NCBI GenBank assembly: GCA_003344405.1
Contig: NOWV01000001.1
Span: forward strand, 124,001 to 188,000
Reading direction: 5' to 3'
From: Trichoplax sp. H2
Taxonomy: Eukaryota
Length of the DNA: 64,000 bases
The translations under genes and the position numbers were made by a program. Within the stretch, counting starts at the first letter, position 1. Each line of letters opens with the position of its first letter. Under the pieces are notes generated by a model. The model was not told the origin of the DNA and searched no databases. It was given only the letters and a program-made list of their open reading frames with translations. Positions 11,143 through 22,712 of the stretch are shown here, one piece after another.

Positions 11143-11935
11143 ATATTAGATCTAGTCAGAATATTTTTTCACTCCATTCCAGCCCTCGAAAAGAATTGGA
11201 GTGATTGTCCTTTTATGAAAATGCTGTTGTCTGCGTCGTTATTTATAATAATTTCTCGGAAAAGCGCACATTTTACCATTTATAGGCTTTGAAAAAAAAT
11301 TGATTTAGTCGCAAAAAATAAGCAACAGACTGCTATTCTCATACCGTAACATGCTAATCGAGAATTTAGCTAGAATAAAATGCAATAATAATTATGATAT
11401 CGAATTAGATCTAGTCCAGAGTATTTTTTTCTTTCCATTGCAGCCCTCGAAAAGAATTAAAATAATTATCCCTATAAGAAGATGCTGCCGTCTGCGTGAT
11501 TATTTATAGTAACATATCGACAGAATTACGGGAAAGCCTATATTTTACCATTTTTAGACTTTGAAAAATGCTTATTTACTGTTATTGGCTGAAATAAGCC
11601 ACAGACTGCTGTTCTTATAACGTAACATGCTAATCAAGGATTTAGCTCAGAATAAAATAAAAATAGCAATGATACTGTATTATATCTAGTTAGAGTATTC
11701 TTTTTACCCCATTACTACAGCACTCGAAAAGAATTGAAATGATTTGTCTTTTCATGAAGATACTGCCTTCTGTGTCGTTATTTACAGTAATTTCTTAAGA
11801 TAATTACGGGAAAGCCAATACTTTGTTATTTTTAGGCTTTGAAAAAGGTTTATTTAGTCACAAAGAAATAAACAACAGACTGCTATTCTCATACCGTAAC
11901 ATGTTAATCAAGGATTTAGCTCAAAATAGAATAAT
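11143..11935. repeat. Tandem repeat, ~3 copies of a ~260-280 bp unit
   Basis: Anchor AGC(C/A)CTCGAAAAGAATT at 11181, 11442 and 11719, with shared CAGACTGCT..TCT.ATA.CGTAACATG blocks; a partial copy lies near 10105-10155. Confidence 0.9.
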
Positions 11936-12109
11936 ATTGACAATGATAGAATCAAAAGTTGTAAAAAGAATAATGATTAACTTCGATTGTTATAGGGTAG
12001 GTGTTATAAACTTAAAAAAAGGATAAAAAAAATTTTTCAACGAGCTGCCGGATTATGCAATAGTTTAAAGTGCTTGTACACTGTATACTAAAGACCAGCC
12101 TTTTATTTG

Positions 12110-12450
12110 TGACTTCTTTCAATTAAAATCAGATGAACAGTAAATATCTAATGGCACGGCCAATGTCGAAATCCATATACAAAGAATAACAGTCTTGATA
12201 AATGAGCCACTTCGCCATTCTATCTGGTTGAAAATATCGTCTACTAGCATATCCACAGTAAATATCGAACAGCATGTTTGCTACTATGAAGAGAAATGTT
12301 ACCGCATAACATACGCGTAGATGTATATTCTGAATTTACTCCCTTTGTCTACCTGAAAGACATATTTGCCATAGCATTTATTGCTTGTAGCTCTAGTAAA
12401 ACAAGCATAAAATAAGTTATGCTGATTCTCCTCCTCATTCGGAAAATTTC
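12110..12450 (-). pseudogene. Probable rhodopsin-class GPCR relic (ICL1/TM2 to TM4)
   Basis: Frameshifted minus-strand segments read RMRRRISITYFMLVLL, RVCYAVTFLFIVA, TCCSIFTVDMLV, GAC-GA-TAT (DRY with a 1-nt deletion) and IKTVILCIWISTLAVPL. Multiple stops. Confidence 0.4.
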
Positions 12451-13119
12451 ATCTCTATCCAAGACACTATCGTAGGTATCTACAACCTGCTTTGAAGTAA
12501 GCGTAAATAGACATTATTCTATGCTTTAGTAGGTCTCTTCCTTACTAGTCTATTTTCTGAAATGATCAAGCTTTCCGTTAATGAAAAATCCGTCCAAATA
12601 CCTCGTTATCAACACAGCAAGATTTTAGCTTAGAGACATAATCATTGAATCACTGGAGATCTTTGTCACAAGAGCAATTTGCAGTGTTAAATCGTTGGTA
12701 TAGCCTATACGTGAGCGCTATAGTGACTAAAATTGCAGAAGGAAGTAATAGTTATCTAGATCTTCTTTTGGAAATGATATAAGTACTGCAGAATATTTTT
12801 AGTTTTAATGGCTACAAACATGGGTGAAAATAAATCAATTTAAAATCAATAGAGTACAGACCTGATTCATATTCACCTTGAAATTATTTCTGATGAATAA
12901 GTCATTAGAATAGATGCTGAACTCTTTGCAAGTTTGTAAATATTCCAAGGTTCATTTTATCTCGCATAACATTTATGAGGACAGCGGTCAATGTTAACCA
13001 TTCTGTAACCGCATCAGTGGTTACTATTATGGCTAGAGAGAGTAACCCGTCTGGATTAGTAAATCACAACTTAATATCGTCTGTACTATCGCTTTCTTTA
13101 CTATTTAAATTCTCGAAGA

Positions 13120-14620
13120 CCGTAGAAACGAGGTCAGAATCATTGAAATAGTTCCAGTTGTATCCTTAAATTACTTAAAAAAATGACTCTCAATGCTATT
13201 TCGAATTGCATTTAATTGGCACATGGTAAACCAGATTAGATTTCTTGCTCTAATCGCATCCTATTCAGTTAATACGAAAAATATCCTCAGAGTACTATAA
13301 TAATTGCAAATCGTATTTGCCTTATACAGAAATGGATGAGGTTACTATCATTGAGCAACCACAATTGCATCCTTAAAATTACTTTAAAAATATTTTACAC
13401 GGAATCCTATTCAACTCGCATTTATCTTGCCATAAAAATAAACGAGATTACAAATCTTTCTTCCACTCTATCCCTTTAAGGTTAGTAATTTCTTTTAAAA
13501 ATTTATACAGAATCTTATTTTATATCGTAATTATCTTTACATAAAAATAAACGAGACTGTTATCATTGAAACGGTTCTATTTGTGTCCTTAACGACTAGT
13601 AACTACTTTCAAAAATGATACAGAATCCTATTTCAAGTTCTATTCCTCTCAGCAGGAAAAATAAACGAGATTACATTCATTAAAACAACTTCATTTATGT
13701 CCTTAATGGTTAGTAACTACTTTCAATATTGGTACAGAATCCTATTTCAAGCTCTGTTTCTCTTGGCACGAAAATAAACTAGATTACATTCATTGGAACG
13801 GTTCCATTTGTATCCTTAACAGCTAGTTGCTACTTTTAAAAATGATATAGAATCCAATTTCAAGTTATACGAGTATTTCTCTTGGCACGAAAAATAAACG
13901 AGACTACAATCATTGAAATGGCTCTATTTGAGCCCTTAATTAACAGTCAACAACTATCGTACTTTAAAAAAGATGATACAGAACTTTATTTCAAAGTTAT
14001 ATTTATCTTGGTGTAAAATAAACGAGGTTTCAATTTTTATTCTAACGGTGCCCTTTATAGCCTAAAATTCCTTAAAAATGCCACAGAATCCTACTTCAAG
14101 TTATATTTATCTTGGTGTAAAAATAAACGAGGCTTCAATTTTTATTCCAATCGTATCCCTGGTAGTCTAGAATTCCTCGAAAATGGCATAGAATCCTATT
14201 TCAAGTTCTATTTGCTCTGCTACAAAAATAAAGGAGATTATAAATTCTTCCTTCACTAGTATCCTTTACCGGTCATTCACTTCTAAAAAATTATTATCAG
14301 AATCTCCTTTCTTTAAGTAATTATAGCCCTTACGTAAAATAAACCAGATTATAATCATTGAAACGGCTCCATTTGTGCCTTTAACAGCTAATAACTACCG
14401 TAGCTTAAAAAGATACAAAAGTCTATTTCAAATTACATTTGTCTTGGCATAAATAAATAAATAAACGAGGTTATAATCTCTACTCTAATTTTATTCTTTT
14501 ATAGCTCATAACTCCAGCAAAAGAAAATTGTAAAGCCTTATTTTAAGTTGTATTAGCCTTAGCACAGAAATTAATAGGATTACAACCCCTGAAATGGTTG
14601 CAACTGTATCCATTACTATC
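13120..14620. repeat. Diverged tandem satellite, ~13 copies of a ~105-130 bp unit
   Basis: Recurrent CAGAATCCTATTTCAAG...AAAATAAACGAGATTA...CATTGAAACGG..C.ATTTGT..CCTTAA at ~13401, 13509, 13621, 13735, 13849, 13980, 14084, 14190, 14299, 14420 and 14535. Confidence 0.92.
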
Positions 14621-14789
14621 AAGAATCCATTTATTATAGGATCATATCTTAATAGATGGATGGTATTACAATAATATTCACATTAGCCCTATTCATGTGC
14701 TCGTCGGAGACAAAAAAAACAGAAATTATATTCTATCAATGGAGCTGATAGATTGATTCAATTGCTTTAGATTGAAAATAAATTCATCG

Positions 14790-15150
14790 CATAGTCCATT
14801 CTATCCTATTTTGCCAACATGTTCGATATTGCCATTGATCCAATGAATAGATCACGTAACCCATTTTATTCCTATTTTGCCAACACTACATTTGTAATAT
14901 CTCTGTTAATACAAATGAATTAGGTTGTACCTATCACCCATTCTAGGTGCCTATTTTGATATCCTATCTGAAATCTCGATTTAAATCGGCTAGAAATGGG
15001 TATAAAATTCGAATTTACAAGGCTATGAAATATCTTTTTATGATATGAAATGAATCAATCCTAGGACTTATTCTACCTTACCAGCCCATCCAATATCACC
15101 ATTGATACCAATGAACGATTACATAACCCCATTTGGTCCTTATTTAGCTA
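14790..15150. repeat. Short diverged tandem repeats (CCATT..ATCCTATTTTGCCAACA...CCATTGAT.CAATGAA)
   Basis: CCTATTTTGCCAACA at ~14805 and ~14871, with further degenerate copies to ~15140. Confidence 0.6.
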
Positions 15151-15858
15151 TGTTATTGAATAACTTCATTGATGCGTGACAGATAGAAATTAACAATCAT
15201 ATTATTTATTTCAACCAAGTTGAACAGTAGAAAAGTACTAGCAATGAAACTTTCAAAACAGTAGAAATCATCAAAAATCCATGGCTTAACTCATTTTCAT
15301 TTTCAGGTAAAAGACAATCTTATTCATAATCAAATAAAGATGTTATCCCCATTTATTGGGTAAGAAAAGTAGAATGTGAATAATACCAAATGTGAATGAA
15401 ATTAAATCAAATTGAACAATACATCAGCAGCAGATTTAGTGAATAGGAATCATCAGCAAACAAAACCTACTACCGGGTGTTGGCAAATAAACGTGTATAA
15501 AAAGGTTTCTACTAAATAGTGGAAAGAACCGATCACGTGCATGATAGGAGAAGATCAAGTTTAGATATTGGACTAAAGAAGATCAATTTACATAGGGAAT
15601 AACATTGGAAATATTATGGGTTAAATGGGAAGTAATCAATTGAACCCAGCTGTTACACTAGCTGTATATTCAAGAGTACAAATTATAGAGAAATTTTTAA
15701 TGCTATTTATATCATAATAAACACCTCGCATCGCCAATTGATTCATGTCAAAAAGTTGCATCAAGGCTGGAAAGGCAGAGTGAGAATAAGGTTATCATCA
15801 AGAAAGAAATATTATCTCAAGACGGCTAAGAAAAAGAACAAAATTAAAATCTCTCACC

Positions 15859-16155
15859 ATGTCTAAGAAAGAATTACAAAAATCTCAAGCGCAAGTCAAA
15901 CAAGTGATGGATATTATGCAAAAAAATGTGGATAAAGCTATCGAAAGAGAAGAGAAAATTAGTGTATTAAATGAAAGAGCCGATAGCCTTTATAGCCATG
16001 CATCTGAATTTGAAACCAATGCCGCTCAACTTAAAAATAAGTACTGGTGGAAAAATTTCAAAATGTGGATCATTTTGATCGTTACCATTATCTTAATCGT
16101 AGTGGCTATCGTAGTTTGGATTGTACTTTCACATGTTAAAAAATCCAAACCATGA
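15859..16155 (+). CDS. Synaptobrevin/VAMP-type R-SNARE (brevin, no longin domain), intronless, 98 aa
   Basis: R-SNARE motif QVKQVMDIMQKNVDKAIEREEKISVLNERADSL...ASEFETNAAQLKNKYWWKN with the zero-layer Arg, followed by a C-terminal TM helix. Confidence 0.96.
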   Translation: MSKKELQKSQAQVKQVMDIMQKNVDKAIEREEKISVLNERADSLYSHASEFETNAAQLKNKYWWKNFKMWIILIVTIILIVVAIVVWIVLSHVKKSKP

Positions 16156-17010
16156 CACTCGTCGACAACACCATCCAATATAACCACGTAAGAAGAGTTC
16201 AGTCCACCACTCATCTATCATATTATATTACAAAAATTGGACCATTTCGAGCGTCTAATGAAGCGTTGTAATTCTGCCATCCGTTCGTAAAATTATATTA
16301 CCCTGTTAGAGAATTGTTGTTGGATTTTAGCATTTATAAACAGAAATTTACTTTAGGCAATATCTATCGATAGCGATATATTAACAAAGGTAAAATCAGT
16401 GCTCAAAAACACCATTTGCATACATCACCTTACATTCAATCTTATACCGTAGTGGTCTACAACTATTGGATAGAACAATGATTGGTGTTTAGTTTCATTA
16501 GATCAAATGATTTTCAATACTCTATATGCACAACCTTAATGATAGGCGTCGACTAGTTCATATTATAATAACCTATGAAAAATTACTTGATATTCATTTA
16601 CTAAGGCTACTTTCTATAAAACTGCAGTATATTTACTTGTCAATTTTATCCAAACTTAAATACGAATGAATCTATCACATCTAGGCTATCTTAGTACAGT
16701 AGTCCTTGCTAGAAGGTAAATACTGTAAAATATCTCTAATCGCAATTGCTGGATTCATTAAAATAATATATTCAAATTCTATTGTAAAGAAATCAACCTA
16801 AAGAAATAACTCCCTAAGCTAGAAGCTTGAATCATGCCGAAATATATTAAAATCAACTACTATAGAAATATTTGATCAAAGTTAAAATGGTGTAAAAAAT
16901 GAAAGATTCAGTTATAAAAATTGTTTATTTCTTAATTTTCAATGCCTGAAATGATATCAACTTTTCCAAAATGTGTTACAATATCATTTAACAATTCTTG
17001 ACATATTATT

Positions 17011-20000
17011 TTATCGTGTTAACTGTAACTGACTTAGACACGAACGTTTCCTATTTGTCATATGAATACTAATAATATCGGCATATAACGGTCTTCTTAA
17101 TAAACTATAAGCAGTCGTTAGCAAGTGCAGAGCAAAATTATTGAATTCTTCACCCCTACAAAACAAATCAATTCCAAGCTCAAGTCCCATACCATAATCG
17201 CATTCATCGTTTGCAAATTGTACGTAAGTGATGAGTTCTTCTAACGGTTCTAGAAATTTCAGTCTTTGAGCCGTGTTCTTGCATTTTTCAATATTAGTTA
17301 ATATTTTACCAAGGGCTGCATTAGTAACATTCAGGGGCCTATATCCAATATCTAATTTCTTATCTACTGGAACCACAATACCAAGCGTATGAAATGTATT
17401 AGCGACAACATATTTCTTCCTTTCCTTTACGCTTTTACTATTAACGCTTAAGTCGAAATGATATCTTGCAGCCCACTCTTGCAATTTGCTGGCTAGTTCA
17501 TTTATTTCTTTCTTTGCCGCTTTACGATTCAGTTGATTGTCAATATAGGTTCTGTCATAAGCAAAATGATATTGTAATTATAGTATCAATATAACTTTAA
17601 AAGATATTACGACATCCTACATCTGATTTATTGATTGGATAACTCAAGCTTATTTCTATAGTCAATATTTACAGACGAGAATAGGTAGCATTTGCAAATT
17701 AAGTGAAATTAAAAATTTCCACATCACGTCCAAATATTCATCTGATAAACTACTCACTTGACTGCAGCGAAAAGGTTAGTACCCATACATTTAAGTTCAC
17801 ACGAATTGCCTCCAGTATTGCTTGCGACTAAATCTGGCAATTTATCTGGATCATCCCTGAAGTTATACGTTAAAAAAGCATACGCAGTTTAGAATAAATC
17901 ATGAAGTGGTTACATGATACATTCGTTATACTTTCAACAATGATAATCGTTTGTTCCCCAGCAACTTTAAAGCTATACTAATTGAGAATGATTTATTCGG
18001 AAGTAAAAGTTAATAATATACTGTACAGTTAACTGCCCCACAATGCATGGTTTAATGATAAGAGACGATATTACATTAAATTTCTTGAAATTTAAAATTC
18101 GAGAATTAACGTCCAATGCAGTTAAAGTTATAGTAGACATAACTATCATATAGCATTGGCTTCGAGCCGGCCGCTTACTCGATTTATCAACAGACAGGTC
18201 TACCGACTGGTCTTACTAGTCTCTGGTAAAAGGGCAAGACGTACCTACATAATAACTTAGACTAGTAAGAGGTCACAAGTTCCATGGCTACTTAATGAAT
18301 CAATGATCATTTCCTGGGTAATACAACCACCGTAAAACAACCCTACTTAGGCTACAAACTCTTTGCTTCAATATCATAACATATTTATCAGAATTTCATA
18401 TGTAAAATAGTAATCGAACCTTTTTCAGGTCTAACCAGCACTTTATTTCTAAATACATATCATGTAAGCTTACTATCCTACCACTACTTTTTGGTGTGTC
18501 CTAATTAACCCAAAAGGCAAATATGCAATTCATAATATATATAGGTAATTGTTCACAGGTATGCTACCACCATTATTACTACTGTACTATCTAAATGAGC
18601 GAGTACAGGCTACCTACTACATCTTCCACAATACTACAGCATCGCGACAGGCACTAATTACTAATTTATATAAATTTCAAATATACTTAAGCATGCAAGC
18701 CAAAATTGTCATGTAAGAGTAAAACAGCTCCTAAAGCTGAGCCTATAATATAAGGGGTCAGTTTATTTCTCGCCGGTTAAAACATTTGAATCAAGATCTA
18801 ATAATGTAATCAAAGCATGCACATATCAAATAAAATCGATAGCACACAGTACCTATAATAGCCAAAATGATACGAACTTTCATCTTCTCTGGCTAGCAAA
18901 GTCATCATTTCGGGGGGATCGTAATAAAATCTCCAGTGTAAATAATAGGAAGTTATCGATGATTCATCTCTATCATCAAATTGACCAGCTAAAACGTCGA
19001 AAGCTCCAACCAGTTTTAACTGTAGGGTATCCATTAAAGCATCTATAAAATCATTTATTTAACGGAGCAAAACAAGCAAAGTATGCTAAGAATCGCATAT
19101 CATAGAGAAAGTATTGTAAGAAGTACGCTTTCTCACGGTCATATCAGCAATGTAAAGCGCTATAACTTTTGAGAAGGTAAAAGTCAAGGTATAGCTGTAC
19201 CTGATGGAGCTGTAGGATTTACTTCTTGGCAAAATTCATAGAACCTAAAGAAATCGTCTGGCATAGTAACACCGAATTTTGCTTTCATGAATTCAATCCG
19301 TTTGCTGTAATCGATCTCAGAATCATGCTCCTTGCTTTTTTTATTAGACGGCACACTGTCCTGGAATTCTTCTTCAGCATTTTTTCTTTTCCCTGATCAG
19401 AATTCAATTAAGTTTAGCTCTGATTGTATCGAACATATAATTTGGTATGACAGCTTGGAATTTACAGTCGATATAATCAGAGAAATACTATTATCAACAG
19501 TCATCCAAATGAGAATTACTTTTGTCATGTATAGTAACGATCGTTGCTGTTCATATCGTATGGTACATTTATGAGTGTGCAATAGATATAATCTACAGTT
19601 ATATACCGAATAAGAATTGCTTTTATCTTATATCATAATAATAACACAGTATAGTCATTGCTGTTCATATCCTACAATTACGAGTTTGCAGCAAGTGTAA
19701 TTCGATAAATGGATCTTGTACAATCACCGAACGAGAGCTATCTTTATCATGCAGCTTAAAATCTGCATTATGTAATCGTTGGTGCAATTTCGAATTCTAG
19801 AGAAGGTAGATAATTTATTACAATACCCAACTTATTGCACTTATATTCTAGCAAATATTACACGATTTAAAAATTAATCATGCCTTCACGAATACATAAT
19901 TTGGGTAGAGGTGAAATAACGTTAGGAGAATACTTTGTAAATAGTACCTGAAGATTCCACATTCGATGCCGTTGGCTGTTTCTAGAAAGTCATAATAACA

Positions 20001-20537
20001 TAGATATGTTTAAAAGTTATTAGTCATCATCATATGGCTCTATCAAAATGGAGCAACATCCAATCTTATGAGGATTTAAACCGCGCACAGCAATAATAAT
20101 ATTTCCTTGCAAACATGGAAACGATTGACGTGGCTGTTCTGATACCCCTACTTGGGAAATCTCCTCGATTCTGGTTAACTTCCAGAAATAATAAGGTATT
20201 AAACTATACCAGGTGATCTCATAATGTATTAAGCTACTGCAAAGCGGACAGAATTGAACCATGGAATTACCCAGTCAATTTAATTGAATAACTAGAACAT
20301 GCCTTGATTAATTATCATTATGTGAAAGGCATTATATCGTAATTCTAGCAATTGAAACTATTTCAACTTGTGCAATCTTGCAGCTACGATCTCACCAAGA
20401 TCTCTACAATATCCAGAAACTATTTTCAAATTAAAATTACAGCAGTGCTTCTACTCTATCGATTTCAAATTCGTAAGACAAAATGGCTACACTGCAATGT
20501 GTTTACTATTTACCTTTACAAGCTTTCTTGGCGCCAT
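17011..20537 (-). CDS. HPF1: Histone PARylation factor 1 (C4orf27 homolog), 6 exons, ~359 aa
   Basis: Exons 20514-20537 (MAPRKLVK), 19948-19981, 19201-19392, 18853-19042, 17758-17856, 17011-17551 sum to 1080 nt in frame. Motifs MPDDFFRFYEFC, LHWRFYYDPPE, HFGYYRDDP, TFHTLGIVVPVD and the catalytic FANDECDYGMG. The first two small exons are less certain. Confidence 0.95.
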
Positions 20538-22712
20538 TTTTCAAGCTGATCCTACAAGTGAAGCTTTAAAGCTTCACTTGTACTGTGTGATACGGAACTG
20601 CAAGCTACAGTACATGGTATTGCAGATTTACAGTATTAACTACAGTACTGGTACCGGTAATGTATCCTGATGCTAAAGTATTGTCCCGGTCCGGTCGTTT
20701 GAAGGAAAGGAAAACAAGTAGTGCAACTGCAACATTATAGCTACAGGTTGCGGTAAAACAAAAATTATTTATCCCTGGCTGTAGGTTTTCATTTGCCGTT
20801 TCTAAACGAATTGAATTCTAAGGAGCATGTTCCATATGATCCCGTTATCGTCTCGACCAATAGTTATACAACGCAGTAATGCAGCTGTACTATACTGTGC
20901 TCGCAACTAAGTTTTAATATTTGTACTCGTATGCCCTTATGGACTACGACGTAACTTTGAATCAAGTTATAATACAGTAATAGTACTGCAGGAGGATCAC
21001 ATACCAGAGCTTAATAGAGGTGCTTATTCCATGCAACATTGCTGGTATTACGGTACTGCAAAAGCTAGTTAGTTAAATAAATGAAATGATACTGCTATAA
21101 TTTCCATCATAAAATTAACAGAGATTTTGATGATTGTAGTCGTTATTAATAATTTATTCATCTTACAATATAATGATATTTCAATTGTAACGATGGCACA
21201 ATATAGCTGGATAGTAACTGTAAGTACATAATATAATTAATTTTAGCAAATATTGTTCTCTATCTTTAATCCTGGAAAAAAAATATTGCCATCAACTTTC
21301 AACGCAAACGTGTACAGATATGGTTTACTCATTAATTACTTCCATAACATACAGATACAATTGCTGCAGCTCATAATTGTTTTCACCACAAAGCAAAACA
21401 CCCATTTAATTTAGCATGGTGATTTTTGCAATCACTCTTAGAAAGTACCTCAGTAACATAATAAAGTGAAACGTTGTAATTACAGTATTAACTGAATATG
21501 CAAGTGTCATAATATGCGCCATCTTGTATAGCTACCAGTATTAGCATATGTAAATACAGATATATAATAGACCTTAACAGAATCGTATTTGTGCCGATAG
21601 TGTGCAGGATTAGATCAATACATACACACGATGCTTATCTACTTAATCGTGTAGGTTGTCATTTACATAATCAATCCGTAATGATCAATTATTAAATCAT
21701 AACAAGGTAAATTGTTGATTCACCTAATCAGTTTCTACCATATTTTGCTGTAATATGACCAATTGACCTTTCATTTTACATCGAAACTTATACGTACATT
21801 AAATAATACATTATTTGATCCAAGTAAAGTAACGTGAAAAGACATTACATTAAATCTCTGAATTGCACTTTACCTATTAGATATAAGTAACAGTTATAAT
21901 TTAACAGATGACTAAAAAACCCCTGCTATAAGATTTCTACATATCTCAATAGTAATCATATTAGTCTGATCTCGCAACTCTTACATTTGACATCGAAGTT
22001 GCACCATAGTTCAGAATTTGATGACATACGTACATATATCTTTATACAGAAAACCACAAAAACATTTTAATATTAACGCCCGCTAAATTCAATAGGCTCT
22101 AGATAAATCTTACCTTACAAATTTACAAAAAATCCTAAATATACTGCTATATACAAACACCTAAAGCCAAAATACTTTAGAGTGGCTTCACAGGTCTTAC
22201 TAACTTATGGAATATCAATTTCATAGGTGAATAGAAAAGTGCTATAATTTACAGTACAATTGTTGATAATTTCTTAAAGTCAATTAAGAAATCCATCAAA
22301 TTGCTGAATATACAAGGTTACATTATGCAGCGGTGGATTTTCATCAAAATCCTCAATGTTAGCCAATAATTTTCGAGCAGTCGATCAACCCTTTGCAAAT
22401 ATCCTATGTTTATCCATTTTAAAATTTTAATCACAAAAGCAACCCATGGTCAATCATTTTGCTCCCAATCATAAATCAATCCAAATTAGACCAATCCTAC
22501 CAAGGAAATTTACCGTCCAAGATAATGTAAAGATAATATAAACATACCAGTTATATATAGGTAACAATTAATCCGGTCCCATTGCTTGTGCTTTATATGC
22601 GTATATATTTGAAGATATTTAAGTGGGGTTTTGTTGAAAAGTGTATAAACTAAAGACGCTGTCCACGACTTGCTATTACCATGCTGGTATAATATTGATC
22701 TTTTGTACTTTG

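Noticed and set aside
11823-12026. 67-aa ORF
   Set aside because: Lies within or at the edge of the ~270-bp tandem repeat and has no protein-like motifs.
13120-14620. CRISPR-like periodicity of the arrays
   Set aside because: The units are homologous along their full length with no unique spacers, there are no cas genes, and the context is eukaryotic.
18150-18222. tRNA-like sequence on the minus strand (A-box-like AGACCAGTCGGTAGA, B-box-like GGCTCGAAGCC) in an HPF1 intron
   Set aside because: The acceptor and T stems do not pair, and the 5' part overlaps the short palindromic repeat family. At best a degenerate relic, so not called as a tRNA.
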